This document shows, one piece after another, positions 40,075-54,400 of a stretch of 64,000 bases of DNA (the first letter of the stretch is position 1; every line of letters starts with the position of its first letter). The notes under the pieces were generated by a model. The model was not told the origin of the DNA. It ran no database searches and was given only the letters and a program-made list of their open reading frames with translations. Position numbers and translations under genes: made by a program. Source of the DNA: Eledone cirrhosa (taxonomy: Eukaryota); assembly GCA_964016885.1 (NCBI GenBank), contig OZ024742.1:52266001-52330000 (forward strand), given 5' to 3'.

Positions 40075-40610
40075 AGAACAACAATAACAACAGTATATAC
40101 ATCATCAACAACAATAATCGCTTCCAGTCGCAACAATAATATCAACATAAACAACAACATCAACAACAATTCCCACAAGTCACAAAAATAATATCAACAT
40201 AAACATCAACAATAATAAAAAGAATATAGAAGAAAAGAACAAGAATAAAGATACTACCAAACTCAATCAATAGTGTTAAAAATAACAATAACGGTAATGA
40301 TGGTGCTGAAGTTTTGGTGTTGTTATTTGTGATGGTGATGGTGGTGGTGGTGGTGTTCGCTGTGGTAGTGGTGTTGGAGGTCGAGGTTGAGGGGTTGTGA
40401 TAGAGGTGCTGTGGTGGTGGTTTGGCGGTGGTAGCGTTGTTGTTACTGTTGTTCTTGTAGTGGTAGTGGGCGTGATGGTGTTGGTGTCGGTGGTTGTGGT
40501 GGTGGTGGTGTTGATGTTGATGGTGTTTGAGGTGAGAATAGTGATGGTGGGAAGGGTGATGCTGGTGATGGCAGCGGTAGTGTTCGTGATGATGGTGGTG
40601 ATGTTGATAG
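40075..40610. repeat. Low-complexity (AAC)n-like and (GGT/GAT)n-like degenerate trinucleotide repeats
   Basis: Direct reading; produces spurious His/Thr/Val-rich ORFs. Confidence 0.85.
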
Positions 40611-40806
40611 GAAGGAAAAGTGGCAGAAAATGGAAAGGAAGATGTTTTAACCTCCATCTCTCCTCAGAAAAGACCAGCAGGAATGTAGAATTCGAAAGCA
40701 AAAAATTAATGATTTCTAAGATCATTTCTTCTGGCGCCAACGTATATGTATGAATCAATTAGTGTATAAAAATGACATCTAATATAATATAATATAATAT
40801 AATATA

Positions 40807-40872
<66 letters not shown>

Positions 40873-40976
40873 GTAAAAGAGAAGAAAAGAACCGTTATTA
40901 TTTACGTAACGAATTGCACATCCGTATGTATGAATCTGAAAGTATGTGTGCAAGCAGGCATATATATGTATGTATG

Positions 40977-41019
<43 letters not shown>

Positions 41020-42014
41020 ATGTAATATGTATGAATGTATGTATATATGCGTGTCTCTGTGTATGTGTCTGAATATATATATTTTCAAATAGTTCGTATA
41101 TATATTTATATGTGTATATATATATATATATAGTTGATCTGTGTATATGTCTGAATATGTATATTCAAATAATATCATTGTTTGTATATGCCTATCCATC
41201 CTTCAAAATGCAATGTGTCTGGATTACAAATAAAGCACATTCTAGTATTATGATATTTTGCTATAATCAGATAAGCAGCAATTTGTGTGAAATTGTATCA
41301 GCAGAGTGTCTACAACCCTGCAGACAGCAAAACAAAGCAAAGATCTCCCATCCACTCTCAATCAAATAGATAGTTACTTGGCTTTCTCTCCTTGCATCTC
41401 ATTTGATGAATTATTAAAGCATAAACCATACTTTTCTACTGTTGTTAATGAGTGTCTTCAGATTTGATTATTTCCTCAACTGATCAGGAATATAAATGTA
41501 ACAGTTCAAAGGAATTACTAAGAATTCTTCAATATGAAGCACTCTTGACATTAACTGTGTGTTTTGTTTCTTTAGCTGGGGAGAGGGGGGGGGGCTAGTC
41601 ATATTTCCCCATCTTTCTTCTTCATTGTTTCCTTTTCGTTTCCTTCTTATAATAAACTCCTTTCATTCCCTTTCTTTCTCACCCAATTAAGAGAGATGTA
41701 TGTATTGATGTTTCTGTTATTTTTGTTGTTGCCTTTGTTTTTGCTTTAGTTGTTGCTTTAATTATGTCTTCCTCTATACTGAAGAGGTTTTAAATATGAC
41801 CTCAACTCTATGATGCAGCAAAATGTGTTTGTAAATCTACAATTATATTTGTTACTACAGGCGCCAACAAAGTTGGGTAAATTCAACATAAAAGTGCTCA
41901 TAGGGAATGACTGCAACCTTACTGATTGTGTGGGCCAGTGCTTGATCAGCTTCTCTGCTCAATTATCCTTCACTTAATTCCATTATCTTCACTAGCATCA
42001 TTATTTCTCTACAG

Positions 42015-42087
<73 letters not shown>

Positions 42088-44809
42088 AGAGAATGTGTAT
42101 GATTGAGTGTCACTTGACGCCACGAATAATAATATTTGTCATTGATTATTTTTGATATTTCTACTGACTCCATGATTTCTTGTGATTCATTAAACACAAA
42201 TCTATAGTAAGAGATTTTTATAGACGGTATGGGCTGATAAGGGATGGTGAAAGTTAAGATTATTGGCAGAAAGATGCCGATTAAAAGGAATATGAAGAGT
42301 ATTCTTCACTACAAAATAGTATGTCCAATCCTTAAACTAAATAATGGAATATAAGTGATATTGACACTGCTATAACAGAGCGATGCGGTAACGAAAATAT
42401 TTCATTTAAAAGTAGCAATGTTAATCTATAGCAAGCTTTGACTATGAAGATTACAATATATCAATCTAATAGAACACTTGCTAGTATTATTGTGTATATT
42501 CTACTTACTACTCTTAATTGTAATGTATCTCTCTACTGGCACATATTTAAATCTAGGTAATGTGTGTTATTGAACATTAAAATATTGAAGAATTGTGATT
42601 GGAGTAATTACAGACATAGTTTCTAATATAAGAAATAGTTGCTTTCGAGATTTCATGAACCTTAAAATAATCTAGGAAGAGATTGTTAGCACTATATTCT
42701 CTAGGCCTAGTTAAGGTTTTTATAAAATAACATTAAAATCTCAATTCTCTTTCATCGAATGCTAATTAGCTAATTTTCAAGGATATGTAACAGTACCAAA
42801 GCAAGTGACAATCATATCCTTTCATATGAATAACGTGTGTTAGAGGGTTTCCGAGTTAGGGGAATAATCTGGTACAACATGCCTTCAACAGAATCCACCC
42901 CTCTAGAGATACTCGACGTTCATGCAAGGATCTTCAAGAGATTAGGTATACCTACATAGTAGGTTAGGGTGAGATTTGAAGTTGAAACGCAGACTGGTGG
43001 GGAAAATACCGCTATATATTTCATTCGACATCCTAAATTCACAATTCACAATCTTATGTTCTACTTACACTTGTATAGATTAAACAGCAAAACTATATCT
43101 TAATTTAAGATGCTAGTTATCTATAAATTAGTTCAAGGCTTTCTTGTTTAATGTTTCTAGATTATTAGATCAAATTTCTAGACATAGAGGAATTAGATGT
43201 CTAAAATAAAATAAAAATAGTTACCATTCTAATACAGATCATATATTTGATTATACCCCATTAAATGTTAGCAATACGATCTAGATAAATATTAGTGATA
43301 TACATAATTTTAATGATTTCAAGTGATAGTTTCTATTTTGAAATGCCTGTATTTTTTTAACATTTTATATTTTAGAAACATTAGAGATATACATATTTTC
43401 ATTTGCATTGGGACTATATATAGAAACGTGACTGCCTGAAGCAATATAAAAGTTTTCGATTAAATTTCAATTCCTTCTGCTGCATTAATATTCAAACGTT
43501 CCTATTAAATGTGATAAACAAGCAACATCATATATGATGTACTAATTCTCTGATGGTTGAATTTCCTCTAGATACCATCTAATGGGGTATATAAACAAAC
43601 ACAAACATGAACTCGTTAGATGGTTGATATGTACATATTTGTACTAGGATCTTAGCAAAGAGAAATTGTGATTCAAACATCATTTCTTTACTTAAATTAT
43701 TCAGTGAGAAAATATTCTCAATAAATGGGGGAAATGTGAGTTGATTTGCGATGAGGCTCTTTCCTGAATGCTCTCGAAGTTACAGCAAATATTTACAAAT
43801 TAATAATCAAATATTTCTGATAAAAGACAAGAGAGAATAACGTTGAGATGGAGCACATAAAACTGGAATGGTATATCGGTAACGTTGGTTTTGTGCAACC
43901 TTACTGTAGTAATAAATGTGTTGGTGATTTTTCTGTACATTCTTTTCATCATTATAGGTAGTATTAACTACAGCTTTTAAGAAAAAGGAATAAGATAAAC
44001 CATTTACAGCTTTTAAGTAAGTGTTTGATGTGTACCAAACAGAACACAGGAATCCTTTTCATATACGCTTTGCAATATTCTTCTATAAGATGTTTTCCTC
44101 ATAGCAGAGAAGTGTGACCAGTGTAAATACATTTCTCTTCTGATCGGATATCAATTATTTCTACGTTGGCTCTTTAAAGGTTTGAAATTACAAACACCAA
44201 AAATTCGATTTAGTGGAGAAGATTTCTGTAAAACCAATTTTGAAGCTCTCACATGCTGTTAAATTCAGGAATAACAACGAACGGTTCATTTTTATCAAGT
44301 CTCTTTTTAAAGCAAGGAGAATAACGATAACGAATATTCATATCCGCAATCCTTCAAGTGACACCTTGAATAATGATCAGTTTATGTTCAATATGTTTTA
44401 TAGGCAGGGAAAAATAATCAAATGTTTTCACTAATATTTGTTAGATGTATATTTTTATGATGAGGATATTTAAGTTTAAATAACGTTTCTGGTTAATAGA
44501 GTAAATATTCTACTAAACATCTGATAGAAAATCTTATCACATATAACTTATCATATAGTAATTTAAAATCATTAAAAAAAGCGATAATATAATTGAAACA
44601 TTGTTTCTGCTCCTCAGTTCCAGGTAAAGACTGCAGGAACACGGCAATTATAAGTGCAGTTTGTCAAGCTGTGTTATCATTGAAACATTGTTACTGTTGC
44701 GTAGTTCCCGGTAAAGAATGTCTAAACACACATATTATGATGGAAGGCAGTTCCGTCATAATCAATCAGTAATTTATCTGGATCTAGTATATAATGTAAT
44801 ATGTACGCC

Positions 44810-47800
44810 TTGCCCCGCGACTGGAGTGGTCAGACCTCCCGAGGCTGCAGTGGCAGAAAACCTACCAGCATCAGCGACAATGACAAAACCACTATCTCCA
44901 CCACCAACAGCGCTAACAAGACTAATGAAGAGCATGCATGCCCATTCCTGATATCGCTAAATCGGACAGGGAGTGTGATGACGTTGAAAAGTGGAAAACC
45001 ATCGTAGCGAAAGAAAAAAGAAAGAACTCCCTATCTTCGACTCCCCCCCCCCCAAAAAAAAAGAGGAAAAAATAAAAATATAAAAACGTGAACGACACCA
45101 CCGCCATCACCATCAACAGCCACACCTCTACAACCACCTACTCCATCACCACCACCACCACCACCATCGTCACCTCCAGCAACACCACAGCATACACAGA
45201 AAGCACCAACATTCCAAAAGCAGACACAATACATTGCTACAGACATAGTCAACACAAAGCTTTTAAATTACATTCAACACCACACCAACATCACAGAAAC
45301 AAACTACGTACAAACCACCAAAATTGCACCTCCCAAACGCATAAAAATAATTGAAATCTCTCAAAAGAATTACACAATATTAAAGGAAAATTTCCCAGCG
45401 GTAATTCGAGACTATAGAGGGAACCTCACCAAAAGAATTTATTCTGACATTCTCGTGGAGAAATCCACCACTGGTCGGATGTATGGATCACCCACACCCT
45501 TCCTAAAAAAGCCAAAAGTATTTTTTTTTAAAACTTTTCCCCTCTTATTTGTTTTCCTCCTATCTTAACCAACATGGCTTCTCTCAGCATAGGCAGTATA
45601 AATGGACGTGGCCCGGGGTCGTGTTGGAAGCAGAGCCACCTGCTCGGCGATCTTAGGTCGCTAAACATGGTGGCAATCAGCGAGACTAGAATCTCCAAGA
45701 CACGGGCATCACAACCATTTTCTGCGGCTACGAGGAGAACACATCTCTATGCCGTCTCGGATATGGGGGAGGAGTGGCTGTGTTGCTCCGGAGAAGTGTG
45801 GATTTCGAGATAGGGCCATCTTCTTGTACCCAGAAGGTAAGTTGATGGTGCTAGACGTTACCAGCGCAGACAGGCAAGCTTTCAGGCTAGTGGCCGTCTA
45901 TACCCCAACAGCGGCAGGACGGCCTGACTTTTTCAGGTGCCTGGAGATCTTTCTGGGAACGTCCCGTTCTTTAGTGTTAGTGGGCGACTGGAATGGGATC
46001 TTGGATGCTCGCTGGGACTGTGTGGGATTGGTAGATAGGGGAGGAAGGTGTACAATCCTCGCAAACCTGTTCAGACGTGCTCAACTTTCTGATAGGTATC
46101 ATCTGGATTTTCTGAATGTGCCATTCTGGACATGGACAAACTGCATCGGGTCATCCACATCGTATCTAGATAGGGTATTTTGTAGGGAAATAGATAGGTT
46201 TAGCAGAGGCTGTCCACAATTCAAGATAGTCGACTACACAGACCAAAATTTCCTGCTCTTTGTGGTCGACTTAGATAGGCTTTATAGACAGGGTCTCGGC
46301 TACTAGCATCTAAACGTGTAATTGATAGCGTGCAAAGCTTACAGAGACCGGATTAGCGATCTAGTTAAGCGAGAGTCATCAACAACAAATGGTGGTTCGC
46401 CCTGAAAAAAGCAATTAGAATAGAGTCCATTAGGTTTAGTAAGGCGTTAGCAATAGAGAAAAATAGAGCAGAATGAGAACTAGTAAAGGCATCGCGACCG
46501 AAATTGACTGAAGCACGGGAAGCAATGACTGACTGCATGATAGGTAAATCGCCTTGTTTGGATGGTCTGCCCAACGAGCTTTACGTACACATGCCAGGCT
46601 TGTTCGGCGATATCTTAGCGGGTGTCTACGCCAACTGGCATCAGAACGGGAGACTTCCCAGGTCTGTGAGGCGAGGGCAGCAGTGCTGCTGAGAAAAGAC
46701 GCAAACAAAGGGGACCATATAGACAATTTCAGGCCCATAACTCTGTTAAACGCAGAGTTTAAGATTTAGGCCAAAGTATTGGCAATGAGGTTGGCGCTTG
46801 TCGTCTGTGATCTGGTAGGAGAGGCGCAAACATGCGCCATTCCAGACAAGTCCATCCACGACGACCTCCACCTAATGCGATACATCATAGAGAGAGTGGT
46901 TAAGGAAACTGCCACGGGTGGGGCTCTGATTAATTTAGATCAATCAAAGGCCTTCGATAGTGCCAACCATCACTACCTTGCGGACGTACTCAAAGCAGCA
47001 GCCTTTGAACACGTTTTCAGGAGTTGGATCGCAGCAATGCACAGCGACATCTGCTCTGTGGTTAGGTAAACAGTCACCTTTCGGAAACATTCAACATCAT
47101 GCACTCGTTTCGCCAGGGTTGTCCCAGATCATCCCTTCTGTATGTATTGGCCCATGAGCCATTACTACACAAATTGGAGACTTTGAGGGGCATCCTGTGC
47201 AAACTAGGATATGGGAAAACCGTGTAAGCATATGCCGACAACGTCACCATAGCAGTGTCGAACATGAAATACATTGAGATGATCGGCACCACTGTCAGGA
47301 TTTACGAAGCGGTAACAAGAGCAAATATCAACCAGGAGAAGTCGGTGGGCCTGCAGCTCGTCACGTGGAGAGGCATTTACATGCCGTCTAACAGTGTTGT
47401 CGGGCGCTGGACAGACGGAGCGGTTAAATTAATGGGACGCGGTAGGGTTTAAGATGGCTTCCTTTTAACAGAATTTGCCACGAGGGGACTATCTTTGAAA
47501 GACGCGCCAGAGGTGGCGAACACGTTCATCGCGTCGGTCATCTACTACCACCTTGCCGGTGTGCCTTGTCCTAATTCTCACCTGGCTGCACTGGGCGTCT
47601 GCTCTTTCGCTTTTTGTGAAAGGGACGCGCTCCAATATGAAGAGGTCCATCTGCTTTCAACACCCGCTACGTGGATGGTGGGGCATGCCGTAGCTGATGA
47701 TGTGCAAACATATGCTGAGGCTGTGACCACTCCGTCTCTTCCTTGACAATGAACAGGTATGGCTAGACACCTTTTTTCCCCAGCTCATCTCCTTGACAGA

Positions 47801-48808
47801 GATGCAGTCCTGGGTCAAACGAAGACCAAGAGGAAGCGTTTGGTGAATGGAATGTATTCAGGTGCTCACAGATCTCGACCAGTCGTACGCTGCGATCGGT
47901 GGAAACTCCACCTTGGCGTTCTATAGATGGTTATTGGAGGGAAAGAGTGACGACGTCCTTGGGGAGACTCTGGGTGTCGATGAAAATGAACTAGCCAATC
48001 TCTTCCGGAGAACTTTCGTGCCAGGGCGCATGGACAGCTTCTAGAAATCCCTAGCCTGGCAGTGCTGCCGAGGAGCTTTGCCAGTTCGGATAAACGCTAC
48101 AGGCATGGATTTACCGTCAATCGGGCCTGTCCGAGGTGCGTGAAGGGCAACGAAACCGTTCTGGACGCATTCGTTGAGTGTCCGAGTATTGCTGAGCTGT
48201 GGGTTTATGTCAGGCACCTGCTGCCACGTGTAGGACGGATCTGACTATCAACTGAGTCCATTGTGAAGATCGCCCCGCCGTCTACCTTTAGAGCGGAAGA
48301 GCAGGCAGTTTTTATCTGCGTGGTGGCCACGGCGAAAGTGGTCATGAGGTGGGCGCATTTGAAAGGGTAGAAGACAGCCATCTTCCTCTTTGGAGGAGCT
48401 CTCATTAACTTTTTCAGATTTCACTTGATGAAGAAAATCGGGGGGGGGGGGGAGAAGGAAGTGCTGCTTTCCAACCAGTTGGTTAAAAGGTGGTTGAGAG
48501 TGGCGAGCATGGTCCGTGTGAATGGGCCTGCCTTGAGGATACGCCTGTAGATTGGAGTAGAAAGACTGGGAGAGGGCACTTTGCCCTAGCGGACAGGGTA
48601 ACCGTGGTATTTGTGGAATTTCTACACGAGTGACCCTTAGATTCTCCTCAACGTTGGGGAAGTTGTTATGTTTGTTTTAAATGTTTATTTTCGTAGTGCC
48701 TTTTATACATTTTATTTTACACAAAGCAAAACGAACACTGTATCGTTCTATAACGTATTTAATGTTTCCTTAATATGAGCGCTGTGTGGCTAATAAAGAA
48801 ATAATAAT
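44810..48808 (+). mobile_element. Tx1 copy 6, older degenerate family D (ORF1 C-terminal remnant + ORF2 with deletions)
   Basis: ~45362-45462 translates QKNYTILKENFPAVIRDYRGNLTKRIYSDILVEK, homologous to the ORF1 A/B C-terminus; ORF2 starts MASLSIGSING at 45574; EN, RT and CPRC pieces; AATAAA at ~48792. The 5' limit is approximate. Confidence 0.87.
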
Positions 48809-48994
48809 TGTTTCTGCATTTGGCAGAAGGCCAGCAATTACCTAGTGCATTACTGGTACTTTATTTTATCGACCCCGTAAGGATGAAAGGCAAAGTTAAC
48901 CTCGGCGGGATTTGAACTCAGATCATAAAGGGGGGTAACTCTATGCTTCAAAGCATGGCATCCGACCCTCTACCGATACTGCCAATCCACCGCC
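48802..48994 (-). mobile_element. tRNA-derived SINE
   Basis: Reverse complement of GGCGGTGGATTGGCAGTATCGGTAGAGGG...GAGTTCAAATCCCGCCGAGG...; same family as 24657. Confidence 0.87.
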
Positions 48995-49009
48995 TTCAAA
49001 TAAACAAAT

Positions 49010-52000
49010 AATAATAATTGTTATTATTATCATTATTATTGTTCTTTGAGTCTCAGTCATTGATGTTGGTTAACTGTAAAGTTTGTTGAAATGAATATCA
49101 AGCCACTACCTGCAGCCTCAGATATTCAGGACGTATCGGAGGCTTCTTGCTGTTCCCAGCAAGCATGCTTTTGAAGTGTTCCAAAAAGCGGGGCGGGGCC
49201 AATTTTCTTTAACCATCCCTGGAAACTTTTTGAGATAGTACTTAGTGCGCCTATGACAATCGGGACCACTTTGACTTCATGGAAGTTCCAAATCCGTTTT
49301 ACCTTCCACTTTAAGTCCTGGTATCGGTTAATTTTCTCCCTCTCCTTCTCTTGCACTCTCGTGTCGAATGGGCAGGCCACATCTACAATCAGGCACGATC
49401 TTTTTTCCTTGTCCAAAACCAACAGGTCAGGTCTATTGTGTTCCAGTAACTTATCCGTCTGTATCCTAAAATCCCACAGCACCTTCACCTGATCGTTTTC
49501 TATCATCGACTCTGGCTTATGCTCATACCACTTCTCAGAATGTGGTAAATTGTTTACTTTGCACAGGTGCCAGTGGATCACCCTGCCCATCACATCATGT
49601 CTCCAGCCTTTATAGTGAGTCTGGGCTAGGTGTTTACACTCGGATAAAATGTGAGCCACAGTCTCCTCTCTCTCTCCACCACAGATCCTGCACAGTGGGC
49701 TAACCTCCTCCTTGTAAATATGGTGTTTCAGCCACTTCGTTTTGGGGTCTCCTCTTTTCAACCAGTTCCATGTCTGTGGATCTCTGAATTCAGTTTTCTC
49801 AAAGAAGGTATTATGAAGGGATTTTTCATGAAGGTTGCTCTTCCTCCTTGTTGTTATTTCCTCCTTGGACATCCCCTGGTCTATTGTCCTCTCCTTCAGT
49901 ACAATTCTGAGCATTGGCTCCCTACTAGCAGTCACGTATTTGTGTAGGTTGTTTATCTCCATCTGAACACAGTCCTCTATGCTGATAAGACCTCTTCCAC
50001 CTTCAGATCTCCTTAAGTAGAGTCTATCGACATCACTCCTCTTGTGGAACATGTTGTAGATAGTCAATGGCTTCCTAGTCTTCCTATCCATTTATTTTTG
50101 TTCAGCAACATTCCATCTCAGAATTCCCGCACTGTACCTAATAATAGACACATCTCGGGAATGTACTGCACTTATGTCATTCCTACTGTTCAATGTGATT
50201 TTAATATGCTCCTTACTCTCCGAATGTATTCAGATCTTATCGATTCCTTCATTTTTTGGTTCTTGATGTCATCAGCCTCCAGAACACCCAAATACTTGTA
50301 TCCTTCTTCAGTGTCAATTTCCTTTATCATCTCACCTGTTGGTACCTGGATTTCGTTGCTTCTGCTCAATTTACCCCTCTTCATCACAAGGACTCCACAC
50401 TTACTAATACCAAATTGCATACATATATCATTCCTGAAAATGCGTAGAGTGGCAACAAGCACATCCAACTCCATCTCACTCTTCCTGAAGAACTTAAGAT
50501 CGTCCATGAAGAGGAGGTGGTTGATGGTAAGCTCTCCCTTTCCCAACTTGTATCCTGCTCTCACTTTTCACAGTATAATGGTCAGGGGCATCAGGGCAAG
50601 GACAAACAACAGAGGGGACAGACAATCTCCCTGGAAGATACCTCTCTTGATCTTCATGCCTCCCAAGGATTCTCCAGCTGATGTTAACTCTGTTTTCCAG
50701 GACTTAATATTTTGCTCAACAACTGTCTGATGTTATCTGAAACCTTGAAGATCTCTAAGCTTTGCATGGTGCAAGAATGAGGCACCGTGTCAAATGCCTT
50801 TTTGTAGTCTATCCATCCCATGGCAAGACCAGTGTGTCTCCTCTTGCAATTCTTTCGGCATCCTTTCTGTTCGTCCGGTAACAAGGTGTTTGTGTGGAGG
50901 TGATGGTAGATTTCCTCAGACACAATGCTTGTAAACAGTTTCCACATTACAGACAGACATGTGATAAGTCTATAGTTGGTAACATCATTACCCTTGATTC
51001 GGACTTTCATTACCAGAACTGTGGTACATTTTGTTAACCACTCTGGTACCTCACCTGACATCAAGCAGTCATTGAACATGGTTGTCAGTTTCGGGTGGAG
51101 GGATGTTATATTTTTAATCCAATACCCCTGCACACCATCTGGGCCTAGTGATTTCCAGTTGGTTAGTCTTTTGGCCTGCCCCTTAAGAGTTTCAACTGTG
51201 ATACTCAAATCAGTTTGTTGGTGTGCCTGTTCACTAGTCTCCTTTTGTACTGTCTCAATCCACCCTGCCTGGGCATTGTGTCTAACATCCTGCTCCCATA
51301 TTCCTCTGCAGAATGTTTTAGCTTGTTCCGCCCCAGGGACCAAGTCGTTGCCTCTTTCTTTCCCCTCAAGCTGTCCAAACAGCATCTTCTGGTTGTTGTC
51401 GAACATGCGGTTCTGTTTATACTGACTGACTCTGTTCTCGTATCGCCTGATTTTTGCACTCTTTGCTACAATGCGTTGCTTCAATTCCTCTATGATAATA
51501 TTTAGCTTTTTACTCCTAGTTTTGTATTTTATTTCCAGTCTATTTTTAGTGCCTTTGTTTTTTAGTGTCCCATTCAGTAGGGACTCAAGCTTTCCAATGT
51601 CATTTCTCATTTCCCTGATTTGACCATTTAGTCGTTTCTTCCACCAAGGTTCTGATCTTTCTTGTTTGTTGTTTCCTCTCGCTTTTATGCCAAATAATTT
51701 TTTAGTTAAAAGTTTAGGATAGCAACCAAATCTTGTCCTAGCCCGTAAGCATTCATTTCCTCAATGGGCGTATCTTGGTTCCAGGTATTATTTATTTCAG
51801 CATTCAGATCATTGTTTGCTTCGGATGCTTCCTCCGTTCTCTCAACCTCTTCACCTTCATTTCCCACTGGCTCGTTTGCCTGGCATACTCCACTCTCCAT
51901 TTCCAACCTATTCTCTCTGCTCAGTTCCTCCAGTTCCAGCTCGCTTATCCACCCATTAGTTCTTATTACCCGAGTCTGCTCGGCCAATTTTTGTTCATCT

Positions 52001-52549
52001 AATTTAAATAGACCAATCTCGTTCCAGATGTTATGCATCCGTTTCCTATAGCCTTTTTCCTTGGGGTTTCTCTTTAGGTAACATTGCATAACAGTTCTAT
52101 TCAATTCTTTCGTCCAGTTGTTTCTGGTCCCTTTCCTTCTTCTTCCTCCGACACCAGCAGTATTTGGATGAAAGCCAGGTCTCTGCTGCTGGGTCAGGGA
52201 GCACCTGCTGGGTGAGAGTCTGTCACATGACATTCCAGTCTCCACTTCACCGTTATTCGAACTGTTTAGGTTCGACATTTAAGCACTCTTATCGAGGATT
52301 GGTGAATTTATGGTTACAAAACTACCGGTGATTTCATCACCCCCAGTGATTTCATCACGCCCAGTGATTTCATCCCCCCCCCCCCCCGTTGATTTTAGCG
52401 TGGCACCGTCACGCTGTAGACTAACATAAATAAACAAACAAACAAATAGATAAAAAGCCAAAAAAAAACCAAAACAACAAAAACAAACACAAGTTTCATT
52501 GTAATGTTTGAATGTCTGACTTAGCCTTTCCTTTTTCTCTCTCCCTTTT
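49010..52549 (-). mobile_element. R4/Dong-clade non-LTR retrotransposon (RT + CCHC + restriction-like endonuclease), degenerate
   Basis: ORF pieces 52278-49126: N-terminal WTKELN..GYRKRMHNIW..EQKLAEQ, GPDG, IDYKKAFD, QGDCLSP, HLLFMDD, YKYLG, CRIC..HILSEC, RHD, RPD..IVDVACP..K..Y. (TAA)n-like repeats flank both ends on its own strand. Confidence 0.88.
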
Positions 52550-52564
52550 ATTATTATTATTATT

Positions 52565-53356
52565 GGCGACCTACGTAGTCAATCGTATCGTGAGCTCCGC
52601 AAAGGTTTGTTATTTTCAGTTGTTTAAAATTGCCATTTATGGAAAATTTTTTATTGTTAACTCTATATAAGTGCACATACATTGATTTCTGAAAAGGACA
52701 CTCAAAAAGATTGGGGCCATGAGCCCAAAATTTAAATTTTTATAATTATCAAACAAAATAAATGTTGTTTGAAAAATTATGGCCGATTCAAAGTCACACC
52801 TTCCTCACAAACTAACACCTCACACCGACACCACCATTGTAAATATTACTACGTTTGCCAACACTAAAAATATAAGCAGTAGCAATATTTTAAATTTGTC
52901 TCAGGCAGACATTCATTTGCCGCCATTACCAATGACTGCAGGTGTTAAAGCCGCCACCCCCACCACCACCACAGCGACAACAGAAACAAAAGAAAAAAAT
53001 AAATTAACTCGTGATATCGAAATGAATTCAACCAAAATGAACTCTTCCACACCGAACACCACTGACGCCACGACCACCACAACTGAAACTAAAATTAGCA
53101 ATAACAAAAATAACGATGACAACAACAGCAACAATGAAATTAAGAAAACTAGCCTGTCTTTTGCGAGAGTAGCAAAAACGTGCGAAGCGTTCCAGGTAAC
53201 TCAGGAGGAATTAGAAGAAGCCAAAAGAATGGTAAAGAAAGATGGGTACAGGGTCACCCCCCCCCCCCCCCCACACACACACACACCTAATAAAATGGAG
53301 CATCGGCGCCTATGCACCGTGTCGTATCGAACAATAAATGTAGAATCGCGCCGATG
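52565..53356 (+). mobile_element. Tx1 copy 7, type B, 5'UTR and first part of ORF1 only
   Basis: GGCGACCTACGTAG after (ATT)n; MADSKSHLPHKL at 52779; homology to copy 3 stops at ...AATCGCGCCGA. Confidence 0.88.
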
Positions 53357-53357
53357 T

Positions 53358-54400
53358 AATGTCCCATTCAGTAAAGACACAAGCTTTCCAATGTATTTTC
53401 TCATTTCCTTGATTTGACCAATCAGTCGGTTCTTCTGATCTTTCTTGTTTGCTGTTTCCTCTCGTTTTTATACCAAGTAATTTTTTCACCACATTTGCGG
53501 TTGCTTTGACGATATTATTGCATTGGTGAAGGTTCCTCGCCTCAAGGTATGGGATGACCTTGTTTACCTTAGCTGTTGTTTCTTTTAACATTTTCGTGTC
53601 TACAAATCATAGGTTTTCCACTATCATTATTCATTTCATCTACCACTAAGTTCAAGATATCAACCAAATCTTGCTCTAGCCCGTCAGCATTCATTTCCTC
53701 AATGGCCGTATCTTTATTCCAGATGTTATTTATTTCAGCATTCAGATCATTGTCTGCTTCGGATGCTTCCTCAGGTCTCTCAACTTCTTCACCTTCATTT
53801 CCCATTGACTCATTTGCCTGATATACTCCACTCTCCATTTCCAACTTAATCTCTCTGCTCAGTTCCTCCAGTTCCAACTCGCTTATCCATCCATTAGTTC
53901 TTATTACACGAGCTTGTCCGGCCATTTTTGCCCACCTAATTTAAATAGACCAATCTCATTCCAGATGCTATGCATCCGTTTCCTATAGCCTTCTTCCATG
54001 AGGTAACATTTCTGTTAACATTTCATGACAGTTCTATTCAATTCTTTCGTCCAGTTGGTTCTTGTCCCATTCCTTCTTCTTCCTCCAACACCAGCAGTAT
54101 TTGGATGACAGCCAGGTCCCTGATGCTCGGCCAGGGAGCACTTGCTGGGTGAGAGTCTTTCACATGACGTTCCAGTCTCCTTTTCACCGTTATTCGAACT
54201 GTTTAGGTTCGACATTTAAACACTCATATCGAGGATTGGTGAATTTATGGTTACATCACCACTGGTGCTTTTAGCGCGGCACCATCACGTTGTAGATGAA
54301 AATAAATAAATAAATAAATAAATGAACAAAAACATTAAAAAAATAAAATTAGTTTCATTGTAATTTTTGAATGTTTGACTTAGTTTTTTCTTTTTGTTTT
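53358..54400 (-). mobile_element. Second R4/Dong copy, 5' fragment
   Basis: MSNLNSSNNGE at 54215 and onward parallels 52278-51565; retains a segment (~53490-53650) missing from the first copy. Confidence 0.86.

Noticed and set aside
38850-44800. Possible host exons or old RT remnants in the AT-rich stretch
   Set aside because: No ORF with a recognisable motif and no consistent exon with both splice sites.
52326-52390. Three 18-bp tandem repeats (GTGATTTCATCACCCCCA) in the Dong 5'UTR
   Set aside because: No spacers, so not CRISPR-like; not expanded in the second Dong copy, so a local slippage duplication.
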